Below are positions 1-9,341 of a stretch of 64,000 nucleotides of DNA, piece after piece. Both the position numbers and the translations under genes were made by a program. The notes below the pieces were generated by a model. The model made no database searches. It had not been told where the DNA came from and worked only from the letters and a program-made list of their open reading frames with translations. Where the stretch lies: contig JAXLVH010000001.1 in assembly GCA_046329105.1 (NCBI GenBank), positions 513,286 to 577,285 on the forward strand, written 5' to 3'. Positions within the stretch are counted from its first letter, which is position 1; the number at the start of each line of letters is the position of its first letter. Source of the stretch: Flavobacteriales bacterium. Its GTDB lineage: Bacteria; Bacteroidota; Bacteroidia; Flavobacteriales_F; PHOS-HE28.

Positions 1-1284
1 CGCATGGCCTTGAACATCCTCGACCACCAGATAAACCCCGTCATTCAAACTGCTCAGGTCGAGCGTAGTACCTGAACTGTTCCGCCGATCGAAGAGGATC
101 CGGCGCCCCAATTGGTCATACAGGACCACCGCGCCGCACGCCGTACACCAGAGCAGATCGGTGTCGGGATCGTAGTACGCGCGTGATCCCGGGCGGCTGG
201 TATCGACGATCCCCGTGGGTGTATCCCCGAAGATGCGTTCGAAGTTCTCGGCGAAGGCATTGGCACCATCGCAGGTGGAAGCCGCATCCCAATTGATGCT
301 CCAGGTCATCAGGCCGCGCAACGCAGGATAGCCGCCGGGGACCTGCAACGTGTACGCGCCGGGTTGCGGCCCCTGGCCCAACAGGTATTCCATGGCGAGG
401 CGCACGGTAGCTGTATCCGTAAAGCCGCCACCGGCAGCGGCGCTGCATGCCGGAAGCGCCACGGCCACCTTTTCCGCCGGCAAACCGGGGAATTCCCCTC
501 CCCCCGTGCTGAAACCCTGGATCACCGCCTCGGTCTGGCTCACGATGAAATCGGCCGTCCCTTGGGTATAAATACCCCCATCGAGGCCGAACATGCTGCC
601 GCTGTTGTACAACTGTACCTGCAAGATGTCCAGCGAATCGCGCAGCGCATGGATCACCGGCAGGTAGGCGCCCCAGATGCCCCCGAAGGCACTCTGCCCG
701 CCCTGCACGTACGCGGTTTCCGGCGCCATGGTCAGGAAGAGCTTCTCCCCCCTCATCGTCCGGAATTGCGACATGATCCCGTTCAACGCTTCGATCAGGC
801 GGATCACCGGCTCGTCAGCAGGTGCCGCGATGGTCCCGCCCGTGATGGACATGGATGCGCCTTCCAGGTCAATATCGATACCGTCGAACCCGTATGTGTT
901 GAGGATGGACATCATGCTGGTGACGAACTGGTCGCGCTCGGCATCGGAACCGAGGTGGACCGTGGCGTTGGCCCCGCCGATGCTGATGAGCACTTGGTGG
1001 CCGCTGGCCTGATGCGCGGCGACCTGGTCGATGAAGGTGGCTTGCGGTGTTCCGCCGGGTGTGAATTGCATGTCGTACGTGGTGCCCGGCGCCGGTTCGG
1101 CGAAGGCCACCTCGATCACGTTGTAGCGCGGGTCGATCTGGTCCAACTCCAGGTACGGGGCCGAGGCATCGTCCCAGTTGTGCCAATAGCCCACCAGCGC
1201 GGGCGCGGGTCCTTGGGCCGACGCGGGGTCCATCATGGTCACCCACAACGCGGCGATGCCCAATAGCCTGTACAATGTTCGCAT
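1..1284 (-). CDS. GH18 family chitinase, secreted, with a T9SS type-A C-terminal sorting domain. It is partial: the C-terminus runs off the window start.
   Basis: Minus-strand ATG at ~1284 gives MRTLYRLLGIAALWVTMMDPASAQ, a signal peptide. The GH18 catalytic motif FDGIDIDLEG (DGxDxDxE) lies at ~840-900. The frame stays open to position 1 and ends ...SLNDGVYLVVEDVQGHA, which looks like a Por_Secre_tail. The ORF track does not list it because no stop lies inside the window. Confidence 0.8.
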   Translation of the reverse strand, partial: MRTLYRLLGIAALWVTMMDPASAQGPAPALVGYWHNWDDASAPYLELDQIDPRYNVIEVAFAEPAPGTTYDMQFTPGGTPQATFIDQVAAHQASGHQVLISIGGANATVHLGSDAERDQFVTSMMSILNTYGFDGIDIDLEGASMSITGGTIAAPADEPVIRLIEALNGIMSQFRTMRGEKLFLTMAPETAYVQGGQSAFGGIWGAYLPVIHALRDSLDILQVQLYNSGSMFGLDGGIYTQGTADFIVSQTEAVIQGFSTGGGEFPGLPAEKVAVALPACSAAAGGGFTDTATVRLAMEYLLGQGPQPGAYTLQVPGGYPALRGLMTWSINWDAASTCDGANAFAENFERIFGDTPTGIVDTSRPGSRAYYDPDTDLLWCTACGAVVLYDQLGRRILFDRRNSSGTTLDLSSLNDGVYLVVEDVQGHA

Positions 1285-1435
1285 GGGGCCCAATGTAGAA
1301 GGCGCTCCTTTCGCGTCGCTCGTCCCGCTTCAATTGATCGCCGCATGCCTTGTAGTGATCGATGGATGCAGGTCGGAAGAACAGGAACGATGACGATCAT
1401 CGGTCAGAAACGATGCACACCCCGATATTCGCCCC

Positions 1436-1720
1436 ATGTCCGGTACTACCCTCGCCCGCCAGTTACGCGGCCTCCACCGGAGCGTGCTGATGCTGGAGAC
1501 CGAGTTGCGTCACGGCCGGGTGGACGAGGAATTGATCGCCGGGATCGACGCACAGATGGAGCGGGGGATCGCTACAGCTCACGGTTGCGAAGGCCTGCGT
1601 GCGCTGGTGGATGCGCTGCGCGAGAGCACCCTCACCCCGCGCGCGGAATTGCTGAGCGATACCATCCGGGGCTGTGGCAAACTGAAGGACGCGATCCAAG
1701 GGGTCTTGGAACAGCTGTAG
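1436..1720 (+). CDS. hypothetical protein (94 aa)
   Basis: ORF in the track. It is co-oriented with and abuts the next ORF. I do not recognise a domain. Confidence 0.3.
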   Translation: MSGTTLARQLRGLHRSVLMLETELRHGRVDEELIAGIDAQMERGIATAHGCEGLRALVDALRESTLTPRAELLSDTIRGCGKLKDAIQGVLEQL

Positions 1721-1771
1721 TTGGGCCGCTCCAATGCTGACCTTGACGCAGCCCCCTACCTTCGCGGGCCC

Positions 1772-2302
1772 ATGGCCGGAAAGAAACAAGACCTGCTGGA
1801 CCACGCCTTTGCCGCGCTTTTGAGCGACGACGACGCCAAGGTGCTGGCCGCCATCGCTTACGTGCAGGAACGTGGCGATGCCCGCGCGATCATGCCCCTG
1901 CTGCACGCCCTGGCCCGGACCTGCGACCAGCACCGCCAGCAGAAGATCCACGAGCTGCTGTACCAGGTGAAGGTGAAGGACGCCGCCGCCGAACTGGTGA
2001 AGGCCCTGGACGAGCCTGAGTTGCGCATGGTGCGCCAAACGGTGATCGCCACTTTCTGGAACGCCGGTCTGGACGCCGCGCCCCATACCGAAAAACTGGT
2101 GGCCTGCGCCGTGGAAGGCACCGCTGAGGAGTGCTTCGAGTGCCTCACGGTGCTGGAGAACCAGGAGGTGCTGCCCGAGAAGGCCGTGCTCCAGGGGATC
2201 AAGCTCGTGAATGCCGCCATCGCTTCCAATACCGACGAGTACAAGGGCGTGATGCTCGGGAGCCTGCTGGTGGAGCTGAAGGCGCGGGTGGGCAAGGATT
2301 GA
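1772..2302 (+). CDS. hypothetical protein, helical and HEAT-like
   Basis: First ATG (MAGKKQDLLDH...) inside track ORF 1721..2302. The 1721 start is a TTG directly after a stop, so I treat it as an artefact. No recognised domain. Confidence 0.4.
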   Translation: MAGKKQDLLDHAFAALLSDDDAKVLAAIAYVQERGDARAIMPLLHALARTCDQHRQQKIHELLYQVKVKDAAAELVKALDEPELRMVRQTVIATFWNAGLDAAPHTEKLVACAVEGTAEECFECLTVLENQEVLPEKAVLQGIKLVNAAIASNTDEYKGVMLGSLLVELKARVGKD

Positions 2303-2328
2303 ATGCTACCCTGTTCAGTGGATCATCC

Positions 2329-2483
2329 GGACCAGTGCTCGGGTCGTTCCCAAGTGCCATACAACTCCATCCGTCTCAGGCGACCTCTGATGATCCCAAT
2401 GAGAAGAACGCAGATATGTCCATGTTCACCCTGACGGCCGGAGGCCGAAGAACCTCGGCACTCGGGAAGCACCCGAGCGCCGG
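2329..2483. repeat. MITE-like element, copy 1 (~155 bp, degenerate left inverted repeat)
   Basis: It shares its core (acaactccatccg...ggcgacctctgatga...ttcaccctgacggcc.gaggccgaagaacctcggcactcggga.acacccgagcgccgg) with the copies at 2646, 2797 and 4708. Confidence 0.7.
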
Positions 2484-2645
2484 TTGTAGTTGTGAGGAGT
2501 ATGGTAGCGCATCGGTCCTTCGTGCGTCAGGACTGACAGGTTCAAGATGACCTGGATTTGGGGATTGTTATGAATTGTCACGCTGAGCGTGTCGAAGCGC
2601 TATACACCACAGAACGGTCCAGACCTGATCCGTTGATCCTCCTTC

Positions 2646-2796
2646 CGGCGCTCGGGTGTTTCCCGAGTGCCGTACAACTCCATCCGCCTCCGGCGACCTT
2701 TGACGATCCTCATGAGCAGGACGCAGATGTGTCCAGGTTCACCCTGACGGCCAGAGGCCGAAGAACCTCGGCACTCGGGAAACACCCGAGCGCCGG
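2646..2796. repeat. MITE-like element, copy 2 (151 bp, intact 28-bp terminal inverted repeats)
   Basis: The left TIR is ccggcgctcgggtgtttcccgagtgccg and the right TIR is cggcactcgggaaacacccgagcgccgg, an exact reverse complement. Each TIR also contains its own ctcggg/cccgag hairpin. Confidence 0.75.
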
Positions 2797-2940
2797 TTGA
2801 GTGTTTCCCGAGCGCAGTACAACTCCATCCGCCTCCGGCGACCTCTGATGACCCTCATGAGGAGGACGCCGATGAGTCCAGGTTCACCCTGACGGCCAGA
2901 GGCCGAAGAACCTCGGCACTCGGGAAACACCCGAGCGCCG
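2797..2940. repeat. MITE-like element, copy 3, directly abutting copy 2 with a truncated left TIR
   Basis: Near-identical core to copy 2 and the same right TIR. Confidence 0.7.
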
Positions 2941-3035
2941 GTTGAGAACTCCCTTGAAGAGGGAAATCGGGGGGCACTCAGCGGTCGCGTAGCACGGGAA
3001 CGTCAGATCGGGCATCGCCCGCAGACCCCAGGCTA

Positions 3036-4616
3036 CTAAGGCGCTACAAGGCGGAAGCTTCGTCGGGCACCGGTGTCCTCTTCAACGCTCACAAGTAGAA
3101 GTCCGCTGACGATTTCCGGCATTGGCAGCTGGATGCGTCCGATCCCATTGAACTGGTCCCTGCGCAGGAGCAGCCGACCGGTGGCGTCATGCACGGTGAC
3201 TTGTCTCAGCGGCCGTTCTCCGGCGTCAAGCAACAACTGACCGTTGGCGATGTTGACGTGGATGTCCGCATCCATTGCAGTGGAACCGGGGACTTCGGTA
3301 GCGATGCACCAGAGTTCCGAAGTGATGGTGATGAGCGGATCGCTGAGGATGAGCGTATCGCGCTCCAGCGTGAAGGGCGTGGTGTACTGGATGAAACTCG
3401 TGTCGGTGATGGGCCAGTCGTAGCTGCCGTAGGTGAGCGGGGCATCCACGCACGGCGGCAGACCATTATCGCCGAACACGATGAGTTCCATGGCGTAGCT
3501 ATCACCGTCAGAGACGCGGGCCGTCAAGATGGGCGGCTCACTGTTCAGGAACTTCACATTGTCGGCGTTGCCACCGCCGGTGTGCGCATAGTTGTTGGCG
3601 CTGATGGTGCTCCCGTTCGCATCGAGGCGCAGCAGGAACATGCTGCCGTTGATGAAGACATCGGCGATGCTGTCTTTCGCTGATCCGGCCCAGAGCACGG
3701 AGCCATCGGGGCGTTCGATGGCACAGCCGCCCTGGTAGCGGCCGGGGCCGTCGGCCCGGCCGATCACGCGGTGCCACAGAAGTTCGCCATCGCCGTTCGT
3801 GCGCAGGAGCGTGGCGTAATAGGGTTGGTCTTCCTCGAGCGTGTCGATGATGCTGGTGTTCGTGAGCAGAAGGCCGCCGTCCGTGGTGGGGCGTGCGAAG
3901 AGCGCTGTTTCGTCCGAGTATGGGATGCGGTAGCGGTGCGACCACAACCAGTTGCCGTCAGTGTCCAGCTTGACAAGGATCGGGTCTGAGCCATCCGGGT
4001 TGAAGCTCATGCGTCCGAACCCGTACCAGCCGCCGTCACTGGCGGTCTGCAGGGACCACATGATCAGATTGCCGCTCATGAGCCGGCGCGACCAGAGCAG
4101 TTCGCCGTTGCGGTCGAAGCAGACAAAGCCCTTCACCTGCAGGTTCTGGAAGTAGGTGAGCAGCTTGGAGCTGTCCGCGTTGTACGCGTGCGCGTAGTTG
4201 AGGGTGGTGAGCGTGCTGGTGGTGTCCACCCATTTGTGCGCTGCATGCACAGTGCCGGCCGCGTCATGCTCCACGAAATAGAGGTAGCGGTCGGCGAAGG
4301 GGAGGTTGCTGCGGCCGAAGGAGAGCCAACGACCGTTGTCGAGCTTGTGCGTGCTCATTGCTTCGTGGTAGGCGTTCAGCGGCCACGCCTTCGCGATGCC
4401 AGTGGGCGCGAGATCCTCCGTGAGAAGCGTATGAACACCGTCCCAACCACTGTTCTCGCCCTGGTAGCCGGTCAAATGCCATTGGCCATCGAGACGGCCG
4501 AGCGAGACCGGGACCAAATTGGACTGCAAGCGTCGGATAAGCGCGGGTTGAGCGTACAGGAAGAAGGGCAGGAGAAAAGGTGCCAGTGGAAGGAGGGAAC
4601 GCGATAGGTGCTGCAT
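3036..4616 (-). CDS. secreted beta-propeller-like repeat protein with a T9SS type-A C-terminal domain
   Basis: Start is MQHLSRSLLPLAPFLLPFFLYAQP, a signal peptide. It has repeated [DN]G.LLW motifs (NGELLWSRR, DGNWLWSHR, DGELLWHRV, DGSVLWAGS) of the PQQ/BamB propeller type. The C-terminus ...GLLLVSVEEDTGARRSFRLVAP resembles a Por_Secre_tail. Confidence 0.6.
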   Translation of the reverse strand: MQHLSRSLLPLAPFLLPFFLYAQPALIRRLQSNLVPVSLGRLDGQWHLTGYQGENSGWDGVHTLLTEDLAPTGIAKAWPLNAYHEAMSTHKLDNGRWLSFGRSNLPFADRYLYFVEHDAAGTVHAAHKWVDTTSTLTTLNYAHAYNADSSKLLTYFQNLQVKGFVCFDRNGELLWSRRLMSGNLIMWSLQTASDGGWYGFGRMSFNPDGSDPILVKLDTDGNWLWSHRYRIPYSDETALFARPTTDGGLLLTNTSIIDTLEEDQPYYATLLRTNGDGELLWHRVIGRADGPGRYQGGCAIERPDGSVLWAGSAKDSIADVFINGSMFLLRLDANGSTISANNYAHTGGGNADNVKFLNSEPPILTARVSDGDSYAMELIVFGDNGLPPCVDAPLTYGSYDWPITDTSFIQYTTPFTLERDTLILSDPLITITSELWCIATEVPGSTAMDADIHVNIANGQLLLDAGERPLRQVTVHDATGRLLLRRDQFNGIGRIQLPMPEIVSGLLLVSVEEDTGARRSFRLVAP

Positions 4617-4707
4617 TGACCGGATCTGTCTGCTGGAAGACGAAGGCGTCCGATGGTGGTTGCCGTTGCGGATCGCTTTCACCGAAGGTGCCCATGCTCA
4701 CTAAGGA

Positions 4708-4859
4708 CCGGCGCTCGGGTGTTTCCCGAGTGCCGGACATCTCCATCCGCCTCCGGCGACCTCTGATGACCCTCATGAGAAGTACGCAGATGTGTCCAGG
4801 TTCATCCTGACGGCCGGAGGCCGACGAACCTCAGCACTCGGGAAACACCCGAGCGCCGA
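4708..4859. repeat. MITE-like element, copy 4
   Basis: Same TIRs and core as the copies at 2646-2940. It lies ~90 bp upstream of the start of the 3036..4616 gene. Confidence 0.7.
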
Positions 4860-4865
4860 TTGAGG

Positions 4866-5100
4866 TATCTTTATGAACTGTCACGCTGAGCGCGCCGAAG
4901 CGCTATACGCCACAGAACGGTCCAGACTCGATCTGTTGATCCAATGCGCCACAACTGATTGGTGAGCGCTTCGGCAGGCTCAGCGTGACAATGACTGGGA
5001 GCGTGCATGGCATTGGAATAGCGCTTCGGTCCTTCCTTCGCCAAGAAAGGATCTCTCAGCGTGACCGTGTATGGGGAGCGCGTCGAGGCGCAATACCCTT
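4866..5100. repeat. second interspersed repeat family (core GTCACGCTGAGCG...CGAAGCGCTATAC), three copies in alternating orientation
   Basis: Positions 4872-4943 match 2568-2638 (ttatgaa.tgtcacgctgagcg.g.cgaagcgctatac.ccacagaacggtccagac). Reverse-orientation copies lie at ~4962-5000 and 5040-5095. Confidence 0.6.
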
Positions 5101-5120
5101 TCAGGCACGTTACGATCGCG

Positions 5121-6080
5121 TCACCCCAGGTACCCTTCCAACGCTGCTTGGATCCTGGCAGCAATGTCGCTGGTGTCCGCCGGTACGAAACCGCGCCCGG
5201 TGATGCGCTCGTACAGTTCGATGTAACGGTCGCTCACGCTCTTCACATAGGTGTCGGTCATCTCGGGCATGACCTGGCCCTCCTGCCCCATGAAGCCGTT
5301 GCTCATGAGCCACTGGCGTACGAATTCCTTGCTCAGTTGCTGTTGCGGCTCGCCCCGATCCTGCCGTTCGGCATAGCCGTCCCGGTAGAAATAGCGCGAA
5401 CTGTCCGGCGTGTGGATCTCGTCGATCAGGATGATGTCGCCATTCGGCAGGCGGCCGAATTCGTACTTGGTGTCCACCAGGATCAATCCGCGCTCGTTGG
5501 CGATGCGCGTGCCTTCGGCGAAGAGGGCGAGTGCGTACCGGCTCATGGTGGCCCACTCCTCCGGGGTGCAGAGCCCGCGCTCCAGGATGGCCTGCGGGGC
5601 GATGTCCTCGTCGTGCCCCTCGTCGGCCTTGGTGCTGGGGGTGATGATGGGCTGCGGAAAGGGATCGCTCTCGCGCAGGCCATCGGGCATTTCGGCCCCG
5701 CAGAGCACGCGGTGGCCTTCGCGATATTGCCGCCAGGCATGACCGCTGAGGTAACCGCGCACCACCATCTCCACCTTCACGGTGGTGGCACGGTGACCTA
5801 CCACCACGCAGGGATCGGGCGAGGCGATGGCCCAGTTGGGCGCTGTGTGTCGGGTGGTTTCCAGCATGTGCCAGCTCACCTGGGTGAGCACCTGGCCCTT
5901 GTGCGGAATGCCGCGCGGTAGCACCACGTCGAATGCGCTGATCCGGTCGGTGGCCACCAGGATGGTGCGGCCATCGCGCAGGTGGTACACGTCGCGCACC
6001 TTGCCCCGGTATACGGCCTCCAGGTCGCGCAACCGCAGGTCGCTGCGCATGAGCGCGTGGGGAAGCATGTCGATGCTCAT
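5121..6080 (-). CDS. purC: phosphoribosylaminoimidazole-succinocarboxamide synthase (SAICAR synthetase)
   Basis: 319 aa with LILVDTKYEFG and other SAICAR synthetase signatures. The start overlaps the phoH stop by 4 nt. Confidence 0.9.
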   Translation of the reverse strand: MSIDMLPHALMRSDLRLRDLEAVYRGKVRDVYHLRDGRTILVATDRISAFDVVLPRGIPHKGQVLTQVSWHMLETTRHTAPNWAIASPDPCVVVGHRATTVKVEMVVRGYLSGHAWRQYREGHRVLCGAEMPDGLRESDPFPQPIITPSTKADEGHDEDIAPQAILERGLCTPEEWATMSRYALALFAEGTRIANERGLILVDTKYEFGRLPNGDIILIDEIHTPDSSRYFYRDGYAERQDRGEPQQQLSKEFVRQWLMSNGFMGQEGQVMPEMTDTYVKSVSDRYIELYERITGRGFVPADTSDIAARIQAALEGYLG

Positions 6081-7036
6081 TTATCGGTATTGTCGGTCCC
6101 GACTTCGATGTCCTTGAAGGCCGATAGCACCCGCGTGACGAGTTCGTGGCGGATCACGTCCTTCTCGTCCAGGTCGATGACGGCGATGCCCTCTACCCCA
6201 CGCAGCCGCTCGGCCACGGGGTGCAGGCCGCTGCGCTGGTTGCGTGGCAGGTCCACCTGGGTGACATCACCGGTGATGACGAACTTGGCGCTGCGGCCCA
6301 TGCGGGTGAGGAACATCTTGAGTTGGGGCAGTGTGGCGTTCTGCGCCTCGTCCAGGATCACGAAGGCGTGATCGAGCGTGCGCCCGCGCATGAAAGCCAG
6401 CGGGGCGATCTGGATGATCCCGTTCTCAATGTGCTCGGAAAGGCGACCGGGCGGGATCATATCCTTGAGCGCGTCGTACAGCGGCTGCAGGTAGGGATCG
6501 AGCTTCTCGCGCAGATCGCCCGGCAGGAAGCCGAGGCTCTCCCCCGCTTCCACGGCCGGGCGCGTAAGGATGATGCGCCGCACTTGTCGATCGCGCAGCG
6601 CCCGCACCGCCAAGGCCACGGCCGTGTATGTTTTGCCGGTCCCGGCCGGACCGATGGCGAAGAGCATGTCGTTGGTGCCGATGGCCTCCACCATGCGCTG
6701 CTGGTTCTTCGTGCGGGCTTTCACCCGCAGGCCCGCGTTGCCATGCACCAGCACGTCCGGTTCGTCCATCTGCCCACCATCGCCCGTGCCCATGATGTCG
6801 TCCAGCACTTTGCGCGGCAGATCCTGATAGCGGGCCACGTGCTCCACCAGTTGCGCGAAGCGCTCCGCGAACAGGTCCACATCGTTCGGCGGGCCCACCA
6901 CGCGCACCGTATCGCCACGCGCGGTGATGTTGAGCTTGGGGAAGTGCTCGCGGATGATCCGCAAGTGCTGGTCGTTGGGACCGTACACCGTGCGCGGATC
7001 CGTTTCGGTGATGTGGATGGTGCGTTCGCTCAAGCG
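6077..7036 (-). CDS. phoH: PhoH family ATPase (phosphate starvation-inducible protein)
   Basis: Walker A GPAGTGKTYTAV, then ILDEAQN and the PhoH C-terminal block. The track ORF extends to 7756 but the upstream 240 aa do not resemble PhoH. I infer a TTG start at ~7036 (LSERTIHITE...), which gives a ~319-aa PhoH. Confidence 0.8.
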   Translation of the reverse strand, partial: RLSERTIHITETDPRTVYGPNDQHLRIIREHFPKLNITARGDTVRVVGPPNDVDLFAERFAQLVEHVARYQDLPRKVLDDIMGTGDGGQMDEPDVLVHGNAGLRVKARTKNQQRMVEAIGTNDMLFAIGPAGTGKTYTAVALAVRALRDRQVRRIILTRPAVEAGESLGFLPGDLREKLDPYLQPLYDALKDMIPPGRLSEHIENGIIQIAPLAFMRGRTLDHAFVILDEAQNATLPQLKMFLTRMGRSAKFVITGDVTQVDLPRNQRSGLHPVAERLRGVEGIAVIDLDEKDVIRHELVTRVLSAFKDIEVGTDNTDK

Positions 7037-7137
7037 GCAGGATCGATCTTCAACAACGGACTGTTGATCCGTCGGCGGTTTTCCGACCGGCCGAAGGTAG
7101 TGCGCCCGTTTTCTTCGCTCGCCCGCTCTCGCGCCGC

Positions 7138-7963
7138 CATGCCCATCATCACCCTCACCTCCGATATGGGCCTGCGCGATCATTATGTGGGCGCCGTGAA
7201 GGGTTCGATCCTGAGCCAGTTCGCCGATGCGCACATCGTGGACATCAGCCATCAGATCACGCCCTTCGACAACATGCACGCGGCCTTCACCCTGCGTAAT
7301 GCCTGGGCCGAGTTCCCCGTGGGCACCATTCACATCATCGGGGTGAACAGCGAGGCCGATGGACATACGCCGCACCTCGTGGTGCGCCACATGGGCCACT
7401 ATTTCATCGGTGCGGACAACGGGATCTTCTCCCTGCTCTTCGATGGCAAGCCCAACGAGGCCTTCGAGTTGACCATCATGAGCGACCCGGGCCATACGGC
7501 CTTCCCCATCAAGAGCGTGTTCGTGAAGGCCGCCTGCCACCTGGCGCGCGGAGGCGCACCGGAGACCATCGGCCGCAAGGTCACCAGCACGCGCGAGCAG
7601 CTCAGCTTCCGCCCTTCGGTGCTCGCCGATGCGATCAAGGGAGTGGTGATCCACATCGATTCCTACGGAAATGTGGTGACCAATATCACCCGCGCCCACT
7701 TCAACGAACTGGTGAAAGCGCACACTTTCCGGATCACGTTCGGTCGCACCGCGCACGACATCACCACCATCAGCAACTCGTACGGCGATGTGCCCTCCGG
7801 TGAGCGCGTGGCCTTTTTCGGTGCCACGGGCTTCCTGGAGATCGCGGTGAACAAGGGCGTGACCGGCGGAGGTGGCGGCGCGGCCCAGCTCCTGGGATTG
7901 CGCGTGGCCGATCCCGTGCGGGTGGAACTTACCGGCATGCTCCGCAACGCGGCCAACGGATGA
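7138..7963 (+). CDS. SAM hydroxide adenosyltransferase family protein (DUF62; fluorinase/chlorinase SalL superfamily)
   Basis: MPIITLTSDMGLRDHYVGAVKG... fits the typical N-terminus, and the length (~275 aa) fits the family. The ATG is at 7138 inside the long track ORF 6146..7963, whose upstream part is antisense to phoH. Confidence 0.7.
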
Positions 7964-8265
7964 TCGTCCGCTTGGTGAAGATGACCTTCCGCCCGGACGA
8001 GGTGGAGGCTTTCCAAGAGTTGTTCGAGGGCTGGCGTCACCGCATCATCGCGTTCCCGGGTTGCCGCCGCTTGGAACTGCTGCATGGTACGGATGATCCG
8101 CGTGTCTTCTTCACATACAGCGAATGGGACGGCCCCGAAGCACTGGATGCCTATAGGGCATCCGACGTTTTCGCCGACGTTTGGCCTGTGGTGAAAGGAC
8201 TTTTCGCCGCGCGTGCCGAAGCCTGGACCACCGTGCGCGAGCACGCCATGGACAGCGTTCGCTGA
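7960..8265 (+). CDS. antibiotic-biosynthesis-monooxygenase (ABM) domain protein
   Basis: 101 aa with a ferredoxin-like ABM fold signature (MIVRLVKMTFRPDEVEAF...FPGCRRLELL). Its ATGA start overlaps the upstream stop, so it is probably co-transcribed. Confidence 0.6.
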   Translation: MIVRLVKMTFRPDEVEAFQELFEGWRHRIIAFPGCRRLELLHGTDDPRVFFTYSEWDGPEALDAYRASDVFADVWPVVKGLFAARAEAWTTVREHAMDSVR

Positions 8266-8324
8266 GGGGGATCATCTTTGTGCGTCCGCTCGGAGGCCCC
8301 TCCGTGCTTCGACGTGACTTGCGA

Positions 8325-9194
8325 ATGAGAACATCCCTCCTGCCCTTCGTCGCCGCACTGTCGCTGAGTGTGGCCGTGCGTGCCCAGCATCCGTACGATG
8401 TCGCCCTGGCCGCGGCCAACGCCGGGCTGCTGGACAGTGCCATGGCCAGTGTGCAGCGTGCCATTGTCCATGACCCCGCCGATGCCCGCGCGTACAAATT
8501 GAGAGGCGACCTGCACCAGCGGAAGGACGAGGTGGATGAGGCGCTGGACGACTACAACAGGAGCGAGCAACTGGACCCCAACAACGCTCGCCTGTACATC
8601 AGCCGCTCGGCCCTGCGCATCAGCAAGGGCATGCTGAAGACCGCGCTGAAGGATTGCGAAATGGCGATCGAACTGGCGCCGGACGACCCCGATGGCTATT
8701 ACAACCGCGCCTGCCTGCTGTACCTGGGCGACAATGTGGAGGGCGCGCGCAAGGACGCCGAACGTGCCGTGAAACTGGATCCCCAGCACGCGGACGCGCT
8801 CTACCTGGCGGGTGTTGCCAACGGCGAACTGCACCAGGACGAGATCGGTCTGGCCCAGATCGCGGATGCTTTGGCCCTGAAGCCCACCATCCCCGGTGGT
8901 GTGATGAGCATGGCCATCCTCCTGTACGAGAGCCTGCGCTACGAAGAGGCCATCGTGAAGTTCTCCGAGGTGCTCGCCACGGACACCAACAACCTGGCCG
9001 ACGCTTATTACTACCGGGGCGATTGTTACTACCACCTCAAGAACAAGGAGAAGGCCTGCGCCGATTTCAGCGCCTGCGCCGCATTGAAGGACAAGGACGC
9101 CGTCTTCATCCGCAAGAACTATTGCGAGACCGACCTGGGCCACATCCCCAAGAAGCCGGTGCGCAAGCGCAGGAGGACGATGGTGGAGTTCTGA
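8325..9194 (+). CDS. secreted TPR-repeat protein
   Basis: In-frame ATG giving MRTSLLPFVAALSLSVAVRAQ, a signal peptide, followed by multiple 34-aa TPR units (AYKLRGDLHQRKDEVDEALDDYNRSEQLDPNN...). Confidence 0.7.
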   Translation: MRTSLLPFVAALSLSVAVRAQHPYDVALAAANAGLLDSAMASVQRAIVHDPADARAYKLRGDLHQRKDEVDEALDDYNRSEQLDPNNARLYISRSALRISKGMLKTALKDCEMAIELAPDDPDGYYNRACLLYLGDNVEGARKDAERAVKLDPQHADALYLAGVANGELHQDEIGLAQIADALALKPTIPGGVMSMAILLYESLRYEEAIVKFSEVLATDTNNLADAYYYRGDCYYHLKNKEKACADFSACAALKDKDAVFIRKNYCETDLGHIPKKPVRKRRRTMVEF

Positions 9195-9341
9195 GCCCAG
9201 GGGTCCGTGTACGGATGTGCCGTTCGGCACATGGACCATCGGCGCACGAGAGATCCCTGTGCCAACGACCACCGGTGGACAGCCGTTCCTCGTTGTGTAC
9301 GGCCCGGTACCTGCACGCCCCTACCTTGGTCGCCGCAACCG

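Noticed and set aside
364-1333. Long plus- and minus-strand ORFs (364..1266 +, 869..1333 -, 677..1012 +) overlapping the chitinase region
   Set aside because: They are Arg/Gly/Pro/His-rich translations antisense to, or out of frame with, a clean GH18 gene. These are typical high-GC artefacts.
2316-2945. CRISPR array as an explanation for the repeated ~150-bp units
   Set aside because: The units are ~150 bp with internal TIR structure. Two copies abut directly and there are no uniform short spacers. No cas genes are present.
6146-7137. N-terminal 330 aa of the 605-aa track ORF 6146..7963, and the 7037..7756 extension of the phoH ORF
   Set aside because: Only the C-terminal DUF62 part (from the ATG at 7138) and the ~320-aa PhoH core look like proteins. 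The extensions are mutually antisense low-complexity sequence.
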